Shown piece by piece: positions 37,207 through 51,475 of a stretch of 64,000 nucleotides of DNA. The stretch covers positions 57,395,636 to 57,459,635 of the forward strand of contig NC_085841.1 of assembly GCF_035594765.1 (NCBI RefSeq), in the 5' to 3' direction. Source of the DNA: Anolis carolinensis. Its lineage: Eukaryota. The translations under genes were made by a program, and so were the position numbers. The stretch's first letter is position 1, and every line of letters begins with the position of its first letter. The notes under the pieces are model-generated. The model saw only the letters and a list, made by a program, of their open reading frames with translations, had not been told where the DNA came from and searched no databases.

Positions 37207-38226
37207 ATATTATTTTGGTGACAGCTGTGGCTAGACAGCTGGGCTGTGAATCACACAACTGGCTTGAAGATGAAAAGTGGTCTGTCTAATGTGAGCTCTC
37301 CTGAAGGATTGATGACCAAGGAGTTGGCAGGACCCAACCCAAGAACCAAGCGGTGGAAGAAACTATCTTAAACAAATGACATGAATATATATTTTGTACT
37401 TGGCTGCTAGTCTGCCAAAGGAAAGTAGTGGGGATACGCTTAAGTGGTCAAATGAATTTAAATTATGTATCTGTTTTTTAAAGTATTGAAAATGGAGATG
37501 CATGAGAAGCAAATAAAGGGATTTTAAGACCAGGGAAGACAACCTGGGCAGGAATTGGCTGCTTAGCAGCTAGGAATTCTGTGAGTGCTAGACACTGCTT
37601 GGTAGTTAAACAGAGCTGTAGTTGGCTCTTCTATGAACCTGCTTTTGTTGAAGCCCTGTTCTACCTTCCTCCAAGAGGAATCCCAACAGCAGGTGTCGGT
37701 TACACTCTAAGCTTTGCAACAAGGATTGGCAACTGTGCCAGATACAGGGGCCACTTGTTTGCCCTTGAAATCTTGGGGGGGGGGGGGTTATATAAACATG
37801 GAAGGAATGGTAGATGATCAGATATTGACTTATAGTTTTGAAAAATAGTTATTTTCTGATATAAATAGCCCCCAGAGTGGAGTGGGAGGCGTTGTACTGT
37901 AACTATCCTGAGGAAAAGTTGAGATATAAATTCAATACATGAATAAAAAATACCCTGGCAAAAAGGTGATTTCTAGCTTCTGGAGGTTTCCAAAAGAGAT
38001 AATTGGCTTGGGTAAGTTGGAGGACCAGGAAAAAAACACAGGGTTGCACTTTGCTGTCTCTATTTAAGAGCAAGCAAGGCAAGCAAATAGAAATGGAACC
38101 CATTTATTCCCATATTTGTGAACTTGCTTGCTTTTCTCTATTTGTATGGAAATGAATCTTATGAAGGGGGATAAGTGCTGCAGCATGTTATAGGTACTGT
38201 ACAACCTTAAAGGCAAATCCCACTAA

Positions 38227-38260
38227 AATAAATCTAATAAAAATTTGTTTGGTGCTGAAA
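38227..38260 (+). terminator. Candidate MAP1LC3C polyadenylation signal (tandem AATAAA at 38227 and 38236)
   Basis: Double AATAAA followed by a GT/T-rich tract, with TGTA upstream. Alternative AATAAA sites occur at 37512 and 37942. Confidence 0.45.
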
Positions 38261-39794
38261 TCAGCAGATAGATTGTCCAGGAGTGCAGCTACCTCAATGG
38301 GGCTGTGATTAGAGTACAAATACATATCTAATGTCATATCTGATGTCTTGCAAAGCTTAAACTAAGAGTAAGTAAAAGGTAGCTAGGTAGCACTAGCTAC
38401 ACTTTAGTGCTGAGGCTGTAAGCCTGGAAACTCTTACAGAAACTTTATCATGATTCTGTGTTCCTGCTATTTGAACTCTGCTCTGAGCTTTAACTTAAAA
38501 TCTGTCAAAGATAAGACAACTTTATAAAGGCAAACCTTGTTTTTAGTTCAAAGTCACCCTATTGTAGCTCACAAAGTGCACGGGGATTAAAAGTTATCTA
38601 GCCTGAAATTTAAATCCTAAACCCTGCTGATTTAGGATTTAAACTCCAGTATCCTATTGTCTCTGACCATTGGCCATGTTGGCTGGGGCTGGTGGGAGTT
38701 GGAGACCAAAACATCTTAGGAGACCTGGACTCATTTTATGGCATAGTGAGGATGGGCTAAGATCAAATGCTGCAACAGTTCTGATATGACTGGGAAAGTC
38801 CCAATTAATCCGGGGTTGTCCCATTTTGTCAGGTGCTCCCAAAAGATCCTGATTTCTCCATCCTTCTCCGATTCTCCTCTTTGTCCTAAGTTGACTTTAG
38901 TTGCTGTAAACTGAGTTCAAAACTGCAAAAGTTATTTATGGTCAATTAATTCAACAGGGAGGAAAATAATCTTAGGCTCAGGCAAAAGCAAGCCGCTACA
39001 GACTCTCTCAGTTTATTTGTTCTTCTGCATCAATAGGTTTTGCATCTTGAGTATACTTGGAAGTTGCTTGGTCACATCTGTTCCAGCTTTCATTTGTGGA
39101 AGATTGGAGGCTATGCTAAGATCTGACGAAAAGAACTAGAATATGAAACACATCTTGAACCATTTTATTTTTTAAATTCTACCAGTTGTGTATCTCAAAA
39201 CCACTTTATTTTGCTGTCCTTTTTTTTTGTATGACCTGTCCTTTCTTTATCTTTGAGGAATGTGCTGTGCTGGTTTGCAAACTGATGTACATTCTTGCTT
39301 GAAAAAAGAACCGTGTTAGGAATAAGTGCTGTCTAGTCTACTCTAATGATTGTGTCTGCAAGTTGAATGAGTCTGTGTGTATGCCTGTATTGTATTTATT
39401 TTGTTGGCTTGGTTGGGGGAGGACAGCCTTGTAATTTAAACATTCAGTCATCATGCAGCTTAAAGCAACACATGTTTGGCAAGAGAAACATATAGTGACA
39501 TTGAATGATCCACAAGAGTATAGGCAGAAGATACAGCTTAGTGAAGCTGAAGAATAGATAAAACCCCAAAGAACTCCTCACTTGGAACTATCAGCTCTTA
39601 TTTTTTTTTCTGCATGAGAAGCACAAATGATGCTTTCATGATTTTTACCTCTTTTGTTGTTTCTAGAGTGGTCACTTGCAGTTTTTTCCTTTCTCATTTT
39701 GGAGCAGCACAAGAATAAAATCTATGAGGAAAATATCTTCCATGGCTCTCTGTCATCTCAATGAAGCTTGTGCTGATGGCAGGAGCCCTTAAAT

Positions 39795-39929
39795 CAGTGG
39801 TTCTCAACCTGTGTGTCCTCAGATGTTTTGGCCTTCAGCTCCCAGAAATCCTAACAGCTGGTAAACCAACTGGGATTTCTGGGAGTTGTAGGCCAAAACA
39901 CCCAGAGACCCATAGGTTGAGAACCAAGG
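39795..39929. mobile_element. Palindromic hAT MITE, same family
   Basis: Perfect TSD CCTTAAAT. Confidence 0.88.
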
Positions 39930-41527
39930 CCTTAAATGTACGTGGAAAGGGGAGAAGTGGAATCCTTTCCTATGTCCAAGTATATATGACTGCAATCTTG
40001 GATATGTGTGTGTATGTGTATGTGTGTATGTATGCATTTCTGCCTATCAAGGACACCACTATCCCAGTATGGTAATACATCTGCTCAATAAAGATATCAT
40101 TTACCTGCTAACAGTCATACATTACAGTTGTAAAACGTGTGCCAGAAGTGCCATACTCCTTGGAAGAACTGGACTGAATGGGGATGTCTACTACAAAGAA
40201 ACAGTTGGAGGAGTAACAAGATTTATTTATGGACAACCCAAATAGTACAAAGTGAAAAAACTGATTGTAAACTGCATGAAAACCTGAAAGCAAATTCAAT
40301 TTTATTTATCATTTCATGGCTCAAAGGAAATGTGGGTGTTGCAGATGTTTTGTTTAAACTGAGGCTCTTTGATATTTTTGAAGCATAAAATAGTCCCTTG
40401 AATACAGCTGGGATTTACACTCAGTTTAGCACAGCTGTTAACATTTTTTTTTTCTTTTCCAGGGTAGGCAACACAAGGTTATTTGATTTTTCCCTAAGTA
40501 GGGAATGTTAGTTACAATCAGCAGATGATCCTCACCATTTTGGAGAATTGAGAGCTCTAATTAGACTTACTGAGATTTATTTACTCCTGAGCTGACATGC
40601 CTAGATTTGCACTGTTATGGCTACATTCTCCAAAAAGAAAGACTTAATTCAAGAAGGCTATTTTTATTATAGTAACAAAGAACCTATCGGCAAAATTGAT
40701 GATAATTTCTTCTCCCAGTTTTGTTGATCATTGACAATATCTGTGATCCCACATCATGCAAATGGAGCATCATGTTGCACCCAGATAGTTCCATGTCTTA
40801 CTCACCACAGAAGAGCAGTTTCCAAGTACCCAGACTGCAACTACACAGCCATCTACTGGCTGGGAAAGAAAACCAGGCTGCATCCATTAACAAATTATGG
40901 CTGAGGAAAAAGAACTGAGTTCATTCTCCAAGATTGTCACTAGAAAACATGAGGGCAGGGTCAGCTTTCTTCCCCCAGCCGCAAAGTTGCAGCTGGTTCT
41001 GACCTGCATGGGTGCTTTGCCCCTCCCCTGGCCATACTAGATCATTATGCACATTCAAAAGCTGCCTTGGAAGGATGTTGTATTAGGAACGTTTAAAAAA
41101 ATATATACCTGTACATAACCTCAGGTTGCACATGTATATGGCATAAATAGCCTTCCAGCTAATATGTGTTGCTACTACAATCATTTGCAACTTCCTGTAA
41201 CTTCAAGAAAGATGTTCTATTTGCATTTCATTAAATTCTGCCTACTGAGTGAATCATAATTCAAAGTTATTAATACATTTATCAAAATGTTATATAAACT
41301 ACATTTGCTACATTTCAAGAGGCTGCATGCAGCCAGGAAAGAAGGGTTAGACTCCATATATTCTTAGGCTTCCAACAAATTTTGGAAGGATAAAAGTCAC
41401 TCCTCATCCCGTAGCTATGCCATGACATTGAGATGGTGGCCACAATCAATTGCACCCTAAGCTCTAATTCACTGTGAAAGAATACATGAGAGTCACCCAG
41501 TTGCCATGTACACTCGGGGAAAGGAGT

Positions 41528-42090
41528 CATCATCATCATCATCACCATCACCATCACCATCATCTTACCTGCCTCTTCTCATGGCTCAAGGCAGGTTACA
41601 ACATAGCTAAAAACACATAATCATTATATAAATACACACATAAAAATGTATTTCTACAAAATACATACATTAAAATACACAGAAAAATGATTAAAGCACA
41701 GGACCCGAGTTTAAAATTAGTGATTAAAACTGGCTGGGTAGGACTGCCAGAAGAGATAGGTCTTTAACTGTTTCTTAAATTCTGACAGCTGATCTAGCTG
41801 TTGGAGCTCTTCTAGCAGGTTGTTCCACAGTTATGATGTGGCCAATGAAAAGGTCCTCTGGGTGATGGTGGCCAGTTGGGTTCTGGCAGATAGAAGTAGC
41901 CACCCCACAGATGACATTGGGGCAGATTGTATGGGAGAAGGTGATCCCTTAGGTAACCTAGACCCAAACCATGTAGGGCTTTAAAGGTCAAAGCCAACAC
42001 TTTGTACTTTGCCCAGAAACTAATTGGCAGCCAATGGAGTGACTTTAGTATGAGTGTAATATGTTCATTCCTGGATGTTTCTGTAACCAG
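41528..42090 (-). mobile_element. L2 LINE 3' end with (GAT/GGT)n tail
   Basis: EHITLILKSLHWLPISFWAKYKVLALTFKALHG motif. Confidence 0.8.
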
Positions 42091-42351
42091 TATAAAACAC
42101 CATTCACTCCTTCCTCTATACGGATATATCACCTCAGTTTCTGTATATACTGAATTAAAAATAACAATACAGGGACAAACAAACAACCCAAACCAAAAAA
42201 AGGAAAAATACAAAAGATAAATTATAAGACATGAATAAAACAACACTTAACACACAATCAATGAGTGTATTCCCAGTTGATCAGGCCAATCACTTGGCTA
42301 GTCCAGCAGCATCCTACTCCCAAAAGGAGATTGCCTTGCAACTAACTAGAT

Positions 42352-42485
42352 CAGTGGTTCTCAACCTGTGGGTCCACAGATATTTTGGCTTCAATTCCCA
42401 GAAATCCTAACAGCTGGTAAACTGGGTGGGATTTCTGGGAGTTGTAGGCCAAAACATCTGGGGACCCACAGGTTGAGAACCACTG
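42352..42485. mobile_element. Palindromic hAT MITE, same family
   Basis: Perfect TSD AACTAGAT. Confidence 0.9.
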
Positions 42486-44246
42486 AACTAGATGGTTCTG
42501 GGTAGCCCTCTCACTAGTGCCCAGACTTCCAGCTGGCTCTCTCACCACCACCTTGAGCAACCAGTATCCACCCAATGAGCTGATTTTCTACAAACATACA
42601 ACACAATGTATGTAATGGAACTACAACATCTATGGATTATGGTATCCATGGGGCTGTTGGAACCAAACCACAGGCGATCCTAAGGACCAACTGGACTGAT
42701 AATGTGGAAAGAGATAATACAGGAGAAGGCTATAGACCTTCCACACTACCCAGTTATACACAATGATTCTGCTTTGTCATTGCAACATCCTTGTTAATCT
42801 TGGGTATTTATTTGGCACTAGAGCTCTTTAGTTGAGAGTTCTAATAGGCACCCCTCCCCAAAAATAGCACATCCTATATTCCATAGGATAGAACCACAGC
42901 AATTAAACAAGAATCATAGTGCTATAGTTGTAAATTGTGAAAGGTTTTGTTCAGGCCTTCTACTTACCTCTCTGCAGCCTTGCAATAACAGCAGCAGTAT
43001 TTGTTGTGTACCTTCAAGTCATTTCTGACTTATGGCAACCCTAGGGCAATCCTATCATGAAGCTTCTAAGCATGAAGGTGTGGGTTTCCCTGATATCCTG
43101 AGTCATAGCCCAACACCCAAACAACTCAGGGAACAGGAAATCTTGAGTACAGCACCTTCTGCCACTTTCTGAGATAATTGGCCAAGAAACCAGGCATCTA
43201 CTTTGCTCCAGAGATTCAGAATTATTCTGTTGAAAATCTTATCTCTCTCCTTCTTTTGATAATCTTTACCCATTGTGTGACTCTTAAGATTCGATTCTAA
43301 GGATGGGGAAGCCCACCAACTTTTCCCTTCAAAGCATTCAAGGGAAGGACAGGGTTGAAGTCCTGTCTACTCTCAGTTTAGATTTTATATACACAAAGTG
43401 AGTGAAAATAAACTCCGTACAAATGCTTATGTTGTAGACAATTCAATACTGCCTTCATATGGATGGATCTTAACTGCATACTTTGGTATGTGCATTAGAC
43501 ATCTGGAAAAGGTGGAGCATAACCACCAGGTTGATGAGGCCATATGCCAAATTCATCTTCACAGAAAATTTCATTGGCATTCCTTATGCCAATAATATAC
43601 ACCCATTGTATTTTGTCACTTACTATTTCTAAGAAATCTTTAGAATAACTTTATCTGTGACCTTCTATGTATGTTCAGGAAGTATAGAAAGACCTTATGC
43701 AGGTACCAATGCATACAAGAAAATTTCACATATGTCCAGTACCTTGTAATGCTTGCTAAACATATGTTCAGATATTCATATGTGTAGCAGGATTGGTTCC
43801 AAATTTAACAGTTATTTGATTGGTATTCCTGCCCTTAGAGGAATTTGTTTTCAGATAAAGTGGTTATTCAAATCACTCCCACCACATTTTGGATGAAGAA
43901 CATTCTAAGCAGCATTTATTTCCCAGAATTGTTAGGTATTAGTCATTAACAAAAATACACACATCTGTTAGCAGGAGTGCAGAAACAGCCCTTTTATCAG
44001 AGTGGAGCCCAATTGCACTCCATATCTAGACTTTCCGTGGTAAGCTAAACATCAAGAAATAAATCTCATTGCTCTAAAATACAGCTACACTTTATGTTCT
44101 GTTCTTATGGTTTTTTAAAGCCAATTGTATTGTTTTAATCTATTTCTGTAAATCGCTCCGAGCCGAATTGGGAGTAGCGGTATACAAGTCCAGTAAATAA
44201 ATAAATAAATAAATAAGCCTGCCAGAATCTTCACAAACAACTAGAG

Positions 44247-45281
44247 TGGAGTTTCCAAACTTTTCATTTTGGTGACACACTTTCTAGACATGCATTCTTT
44301 GGTGTCACAATAATGCAGTTTCCTAGCAAACTGGAGGCTAACCCAACTGCTAATAAGAGTTTCGTACAATAGATTCTATTCTATTCTATTCTATTCTATT
44401 CTATTCTATTCTATTCTATTCTATTCTATTCTATTCTATTATCTGAATAAATGAGGTGTGGACATTTTCCCTTTACACTTCTTATGTGCTACGGTTGATT
44501 CTTCTGTATCTTCCTCTATAGCCGCACCATGTGGTCCATCACAAACATCATTGTCAACAGATGTTCTTTTCTTAAAATTACCACAACGAAGTCAACGAAT
44601 TCAGCCAATTATAAAAGGTATAATTGAGTTGAACAGCACAATCACTCCACTCAATCAACAAATTGTGCAAATTATAAAAGTTATAATTAACTTGAACAGC
44701 ACAAGCACTTCTTTAGTGATTTAATCTCTCTAGAGGTTTTAAAGCAGTGACTGGATGCCCAGGAGTGCTTTAATTGTGCCTTCCTGCCTGGCTGAAATGG
44801 GTTGGACAAGATGCCCTTTTGTGGGACTCTTTCTAACTCTAGTGAAATATAGACTAGTACTGTCTTGTTCTCTGGAGATTTTTGAACAGATCTGAATAGC
44901 TGCCTGTTGGGAGGGCTTTGACTGTATCTTCCTGCCTGGGTGAAGGAGGTTTGACTAGATGCCCTTTGAAGGTTTCTTCTAATATTGTGCTTCCCTTCCC
45001 ATTATAGATCCCCCTGAACTCCTCTTCATCCCTGCTCTCCTACTCTTCTTCTCTCCCCTCCCCCCCACCTCCTGGCCTGAGCTACTGTTTGGGATGCTGC
45101 TATCATCAAGGGTGAGGCCCAGGCACTGCGAGGAAGGATGATAAGGAGGAGGAGGAGCATGGCAGGGCAACCTTTGTTTGTGGGGGCAGCAAGGACAGTG
45201 GGCAGTATTTTTTCACATGAGACACCCAGGGACTTCAGGTGACACACTAGTGTGTCATGACACACAGTTTGCAAAGTTCTG
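44247..45281. mobile_element. Composite hAT element containing (ATTCT)n and two CR1 3' fragments
   Basis: Ends match the shorter element at 55215-55482; TSD AACTAGAG/AACTAGGG. Confidence 0.65.
44372..44440. repeat. (ATTCT)n microsatellite
   Basis: Read directly. Confidence 0.95.
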
Positions 45282-45659
45282 AACTAGGGAATAATTATTA
45301 CCCTAAAAGCAAATGAGTTTGGTCCAAAGCCTCAGTATACTAGCTTCCTTTTTTCCTTCATTCTCATAAAAGGAGCAGTTCAAGTTCATAGAGGACGAGT
45401 ATGCTTGAAAAACAGTTAATATTAATATTTATTATTATAAAAATACTTGCCATTTTCTAGCTAATGCTTAAATGTGCTTCAGTCTCTATAAGCAGATTGT
45501 CAGCTTGAAGGCACATACATGTTCTCAAAGAGTCCTGTGCCAACACTCAACACCATATTGATCCTATTATCTATGTTAGCATATATTGTACTATTTTTAA
45601 ATATATATATATATTCAAAGTTTTCTTATTTAACACACACACACACACACATATATATA

Positions 45660-46060
45660 ATAGGTAAAATAAGTAGGGAAAAAGGAGGGAGGGAAGGAAA
45701 AGGGAAATGGAATGGAAATGAAGGTGAGGATAGTAGGGTGGGATGGATAGGAAATTGTCTTGGCTTCCCAATCTTATTCTTTGTGTTATCTTCATCCTTA
45801 ACACCTAAGTCCATTTATTTCTTGGTTATATTATTCCCTCTTTCCTTTATTTATAGATCTGAGTCCTTCATTCATTTCTTCTTATTATTATTTTAATAGT
45901 CTGTTTCGCTCTATTGCAAAATCATATATTCCTGAAACAATTTCCAATCTGTTGGAGTCACAGGTCTCCCTGTGTTATCTTTCAATAAAAAGTCAACCTG
46001 TCCATGTCCATTATTTCCCATACTTTGTCTTGCCAATGGTCATTAGTTGGTATTTCATCC
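45660..46060 (-). mobile_element. L1-like 3' end fragment
   Basis: Minus strand resembles an L1 ORF2 C-terminus followed by a pyrimidine-rich 3' UTR; boundaries approximate. Confidence 0.5.
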
Positions 46061-46671
46061 AATTTCCATATATTGTACTATCTTTACCTGCACTGCTAGC
46101 CTCCTATTATAAGGGTGGTGTAGCATAGCTACTGCACAGCCCTGAAATTATTTACATTTGACTGTCCTAAGATATGATCATAGACATTGATCATTTCCTT
46201 CAGCATCCAAAAGATCTCATTGTTCATTCCTAAAAAGCAATTGGAATCTCTCCCTTTATATATAGGTTTGCTCCCTTAATTCATTTCATAGTGTATTACT
46301 GGCCTCTTGGAACACTTTAACACAGGGGTTGGTAAATTGCAGCTCATGGTTTGCGTGCAACCCCCAAACCCTATTTTTGTGGCTCTCAAAGGCCTCCAGG
46401 CTCCAAAGCTTTTCAGCCTCATCCCCTCTATTTTTTTTTTAAGAAATGTATGATTTCCCCTACAGGCACACAGAAGGCCCCCAGACATGTGAAAAATTTC
46501 AAAATATTTCCATTTGGCAGTAACAGTTTTGCTTTGTTTTTTTTGCACAAAATGTGTTCCTTATCAGTCTTTTACAAGTTGATACCGATATGGCTCAAAA
46601 CTGATTTACAAATAGTCTTTGGAGTAATTTCAGTAAAGCGTGCAATTGGTTTCCTAAACATAAATATCATA

Positions 46672-47070
46672 CAGACAGTCCCCAAGTTACAAACATCCAA
46701 CTTACAAACAACTCATAGTTAAGAACGGGGGTGGGAGAAATCTACCCCAGGAAGGGAAAATCACTCCTGAAAAAATTATCATGGGGAAAAGATGTCTCCA
46801 CTGAAGAATCCTTGTTTCAAAAACAAGCCAAATTTTCCAAAATACAATGATTACAGGGACAGAAAGTGAGGTGAAATCTCCAGAAGATGGGCACAGACAG
46901 TAAAACAAACACCAGAGGGTGTTAACCCTTCCCTATGATATCCAAAGCTATATATATAAATATTTGACTGGAGTTACACTTTTAAAATGTACCTGCTCCA
47001 ACTTACATACAAATTCAACTTAAAAACAAACATACAGAACTTATCTTGTTCGTAACTTGGGGACTGCCTG
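46672..47070. mobile_element. Tigger-like Tc1/mariner non-autonomous element
   Basis: TIR CAGRCAGTCCCCAAGTTAC; TA on both sides. Confidence 0.85.
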
Positions 47071-47579
47071 TATTTACACTAATCTACTGCCCATCTCTTT
47101 TTTTGGCTAAACTACGTTGCCAAAACTGAGGTGTGCATCAGATTCAGTGCTGCATTAGAACTGAGCCCATAAACTCACCTGCACAAAAAGGCTGGAGGAA
47201 CCCAGAACTCTAGAGGTTGGACAGGGAAGTGGGGCCACGAAGAGTGTGCCAAGTGGTGGTGGCTGCCCCAGGGCTCCATGGCACTCAGAAGAGGAGGAGA
47301 GCCCAGCTGGAGACCCAGTTATTCCTGCCGCCTTCTGGGTGGTGCTCAGGGTCTTTCACTCAGTTCCATTTGATTCCCAACTGACCTCATTCATGAGGCC
47401 TTTACAACCTCCCCCTCAGTTGAGAATCATGGCCTGATGGAGGGGCTGCATGGCTTCCCAAACGGCCTCATTCATGCTGTCTGCTTCCTATACCTGTGCT
47501 ATTCAGCGCATTACATTCATGGACAAATTCATTTTTTGTAATCTCCACCTTCTAAATTGAGGTGCACAGTGCATTAGAT

Positions 47580-47864
47580 TTTTTTTCTTGTCAGGAGCAA
47601 CTTGAGAAACTGCAAGTTGCTTCTGGTATGAGAGAATTGGCTGTCTGCAAGAACGTTACCCAGGAGACGCCAGTATGTTTTGATGTTTTACCATTCTTGT
47701 GGGTGGCTTCTCTCATGTCCCTGCATAGGGAGCTTGAGCTGATAGAGGGAGCTCATCTGCACTCTCTGCAGATTCAAACTGGCAAACTTCAGGTCAGCAA
47801 CCCAACCTTCAGATCTGCAGTCCTGCCAGCACAAGGGTTTAACCCACTGCACCACCGGGGGCTT
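47580..47864 (-). mobile_element. Anolis SINE2-like SINE
   Basis: Homologous to 6983-7263. Confidence 0.8.
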
Positions 47865-48968
47865 CATTACATCAGATGACACATTATATTTGAGTAAATA
47901 TGGGTAATGTGGTTAGTATTAGCCCTCTGGAAATTTCTAGAATAAGAGCCTGTACATACAAATACACCATTGAGAAGTGCTTCTCTCTGTTAAACATAGA
48001 TTAAACACAGGGATTACAAGGGAGACGTGCTCATTGAACGACACTCCAATCTCTAGTTACACAGATTAGTTTGTATTGAGTTTAGTACACAAACAAGGAG
48101 GCTTTACTATAATCCCTTTTGCTCTGCTTTAGGTGTCAGTTGTACAACACTTGTGTGTTCATCCAGTAAGTAAATTAAGAAGCCAAAGGACAAATAGCAG
48201 GAATTCCAAATCATTAGCAACCTCTGTATTGTGAATCTCTTAGTAAATGACATGATGCTCCCTTATTGCCATTTGGGGGGGGGGGGGATCATTAGGAAGG
48301 ATAAGGTGTTATGTCAGCAGCAGATTTTGGCTGTCATGATAAGAAAACCAGCTCTTTGCTCTTTACTTGTGTTCCTGCTGATAGGGGGATAAAAGATTAC
48401 TTTGGCATTGCCAGCCTCATAGGTCAGTATAGCTGTGGTGGCTTTAGGCATTCTAAACCTTGACTTTGGTTAGTGGGAACATTCTTTGCTCCTCTTTATT
48501 AAATAACAAAATGTCTGCTTCTGATTACGTAAAACAGAGATATTGCTGGATTGCCTGGGATGATATTTGGTTCATCCACTGTGGGTTTTTTTTATTAACC
48601 TGGAGCAAGTGTCCACTCCTGTCCACTGATCTACTACATTCTGTATACTCTGATTCCAAGGAGAATGTGGTAAATATATGGTGTGTTTTATAGCTATACT
48701 GTTCTCACAGAAGCCTCCAGAATGGAGGAAGACTATGGGGAGCACTGTAAAGGATGGACACAAACCCACTTCCTTTTCTTCCAGTAAAAAGAATGATAAA
48801 AGATTAGTTGATCTCGCCTGTTTCCTCAGAAATAAATCTGATTTGTTTTTTTGGGCAAATATACCTATTATTTCTCTTTTACATATGCATGTCACTTCCT
48901 TCAGACTTTCATCCAGGTTTCTTTGCTCACCTGGATATAGAGTGCTGGAAACAGAAGTAACTTTAGAG

Positions 48969-49284
48969 CACTGCTCCTTAAAATGCGGGTCTCAGCCCCA
49001 AATGGGATCCCCATAGCTCGGTGTTAGGATCCTGAAAAACTGGCTACAGCAAAAACTTTCTGTGCAGTGGCTGTTTCAGATATTTACATGAATCTATTGT
49101 GCAATGTTTACAATGGACTCTGCAGAAGATGCTTCATAAAAAGAAAAATCAAGTCTGCCTAGCAAGCTTTGCACATGCATAATTGTTTTATTTTATACCT
49201 TTTTTATATATCTATATACCTGGGATCATGCAAAGATTTCTTGGCCCAAAAGGGGTCAGGAATGAAAAAGTTCAAGAAGCCCTG
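48969..49284. mobile_element. hAT non-autonomous element
   Basis: Perfect 8-bp TSD CTTTAGAG; degenerate CA..TG TIRs. Confidence 0.7.
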
Positions 49285-49399
49285 CTTTAGAGCAGCCTTC
49301 TGCAATCAGTGAAGAGTTTCCAGATCTCAGATCCTGCCCTCTGTTCTCTGATTATGTATTAAGGCAAGGACGAAGAATCACTGGTTTAAAAAGTATTTG

Positions 49400-49900
49400 C
49401 ATGTAGAATAATAGACTTGGAAGGGACACAAACACAATTCTAGTCAACCCCCACCCCACCCCCGGATCATAAAGGAATACATAGTGAAAGCACTCCTGAA
49501 AGAGAGCCAACCAACCTTTGTTAAAGACCTCCAAAGAAGGAGAGTCTTGCATACTTCAGAGCAATTTATTCCACAACTGTTCTTGCAGCCATGAAGTTCT
49601 TCCAAATCCTTTCTCCCACCCTCTCTCCCTCCCTTACTGCTGTCCTTGCTTGTCATTTGAAAACATAGGTTCATGCTCCAATCTGTGGTGCATCAGAAAA
49701 CAAGCCGCCTTGAGTCTCCCTCGGGGTAGATAAAGGCAGGATATAAATATTGTAAATAAATAATTAAAAAGCTAGCTCCATGTTCTACATGACATCTCTT
49801 CCAATATCTAAAGATGACTATCCTGTCTCCTTTCAAGTCTTCTTTTTTGTAAGTTAAACATACCCAGTGTCCTCAATCATCCCTTATAGGTCTAGGTTAT
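49400..49900 (-). mobile_element. CR1 3' fragment with an inserted L2 tail (about 49700-49765)
   Basis: DSPSLEVF motif; tagaataatagacttggaagggac terminus. Confidence 0.65.
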
Positions 49901-50010
49901 GAATATTCCTCATTTATTAGATTTGGGTTTTGTTTGCTTTTTACTTTAACATCGCAATCTCTTCAACTGTGGTTGATACTAAATGTAGGCTGCTTAATGA
50001 CATATCCAAG

Positions 50011-50015
<5 letters not shown>

Positions 50016-50042
<27 letters not shown>

Positions 50043-50294
50043 CAGGAGCAACTGGAGTTGCTTCTGGAGTGAGAGAATTGGCCGTCTGCAAGGATGTTGT
50101 CCAGGGGACACCCGGATGTTTTGATGTTTTACCATCCTTGTGGGAGGCTTCTCTCATGTCCCTGCATGGAACTGGAGCTGATAGAGGGGGCTCATCCTCA
50201 CTCTCCCCAGGTGGGATTCGAACCTGGCAGGCTTCAGGTCAGCAACCCAACCTTCAAGTCACAAGGCTTTTATCTCCTAGGCCACTGGAGGCTC
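50016..50294 (-). mobile_element. Anolis SINE2-like SINE with (CA)n tail
   Basis: Homologous to 6983-7263; (TG)n at 50016-50042. Confidence 0.8.
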
Positions 50295-50326
50295 CATCCA
50301 GGCTCATATTATGTGACATTATAAGG

Positions 50327-50879
50327 CAGTCATGGGCAAACATTGGGCGCTTACCTCAACCCTCCTAATATTCCCTGTCCTCTTGGCATAAGGACATAGC
50401 ACCCTGCCCTCTGGATCACTCTCAGCCACTGCATGCCTCACCCTCCTCCTGGCATAAGGACGGTGCCAGGAGGAGCGTGTTATGCCAGAAAGACAGCTTG
50501 AGGATGCCTCGAAGAAGGCACGAACTGGCTGAGAGCCCTCTGGAGCACTCTCAGCCACTACCTGTCTCGCCCTCCTCCCAGCATAATGCCGAGAGGACAG
50601 CTCGAGGATTAGGGGAGGAGAATGGGGAGGAGGATCGGGGAAGTCGCCACATGTATTGCTTCCCCGCATAAAGATGGGGCGAGGAGCCCTGTCTGTATGC
50701 CAGGAGGACAACCTGAGGTTGACCTAGGCTCTGCCCCCTCATGGCCCTACCCACTCCTGAGCCCTCCCCCTTCCAGGTCTGCCAAGGCCAGCATGTGCCC
50801 GGCCCTCCTCCCTACTGGCCCAGCCCTTCTGGCCAAGCCCACAAAGCGGCCCCAAAGCAAAAAGGTTTTCCCATGTCTG
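50327..50879. mobile_element. Non-autonomous hAT element, same family as 11551-12106
   Basis: TIRs, perfect TSD TTATAAGG and shared internal modules. Confidence 0.88.
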
Positions 50880-51475
50880 TTATAAGGTGTTATTCCCAGA
50901 TCTCAGTTTTTGTGTGGATATCTCAGCACTAGATATTATCTGCATATTCTAGAGTACAGCTCCCATCACCTATAGTTGTATTGCATCTTAAGGGTACCCA
51001 GTTGGAGGAGATTGTTTTAGAGCAATCTGAACACATGCTCAAAGTAATCGCGTTTTTCATTGGGTATATTTCCTTGACTTTAGGAAATGTATGAACCCAA
51101 TGACATCAATTTCAAGAAGCTTGCTTAAAATTCCAAAACAAGGACTGGGGCATGTTTTGCTGAGCTGTATAAAACAGTTAATATTTTACATGGTAACTGC
51201 TTATATAGCAGATTTGTGAGTGACACAAGATATCTAATCTCTTCTCAGCTAAGCATTGAAAAACTAGTCTAGTACTATTCCACTGATGGATCTGTTATTT
51301 GCAATATCTTTTCAACAAATTGTCAGTACAATTCAGATGTTTCATGCAATTTTATGAGCCCAAGTTTGCTTGCATCACTTCCATTTCTTTTGAAAAATTG
51401 CTCTCTACTTCGTAATTCTTAAACTTATAGCATTGTATGAATTTTAATCTGCAAATCAGTATTTACAAATACAGT

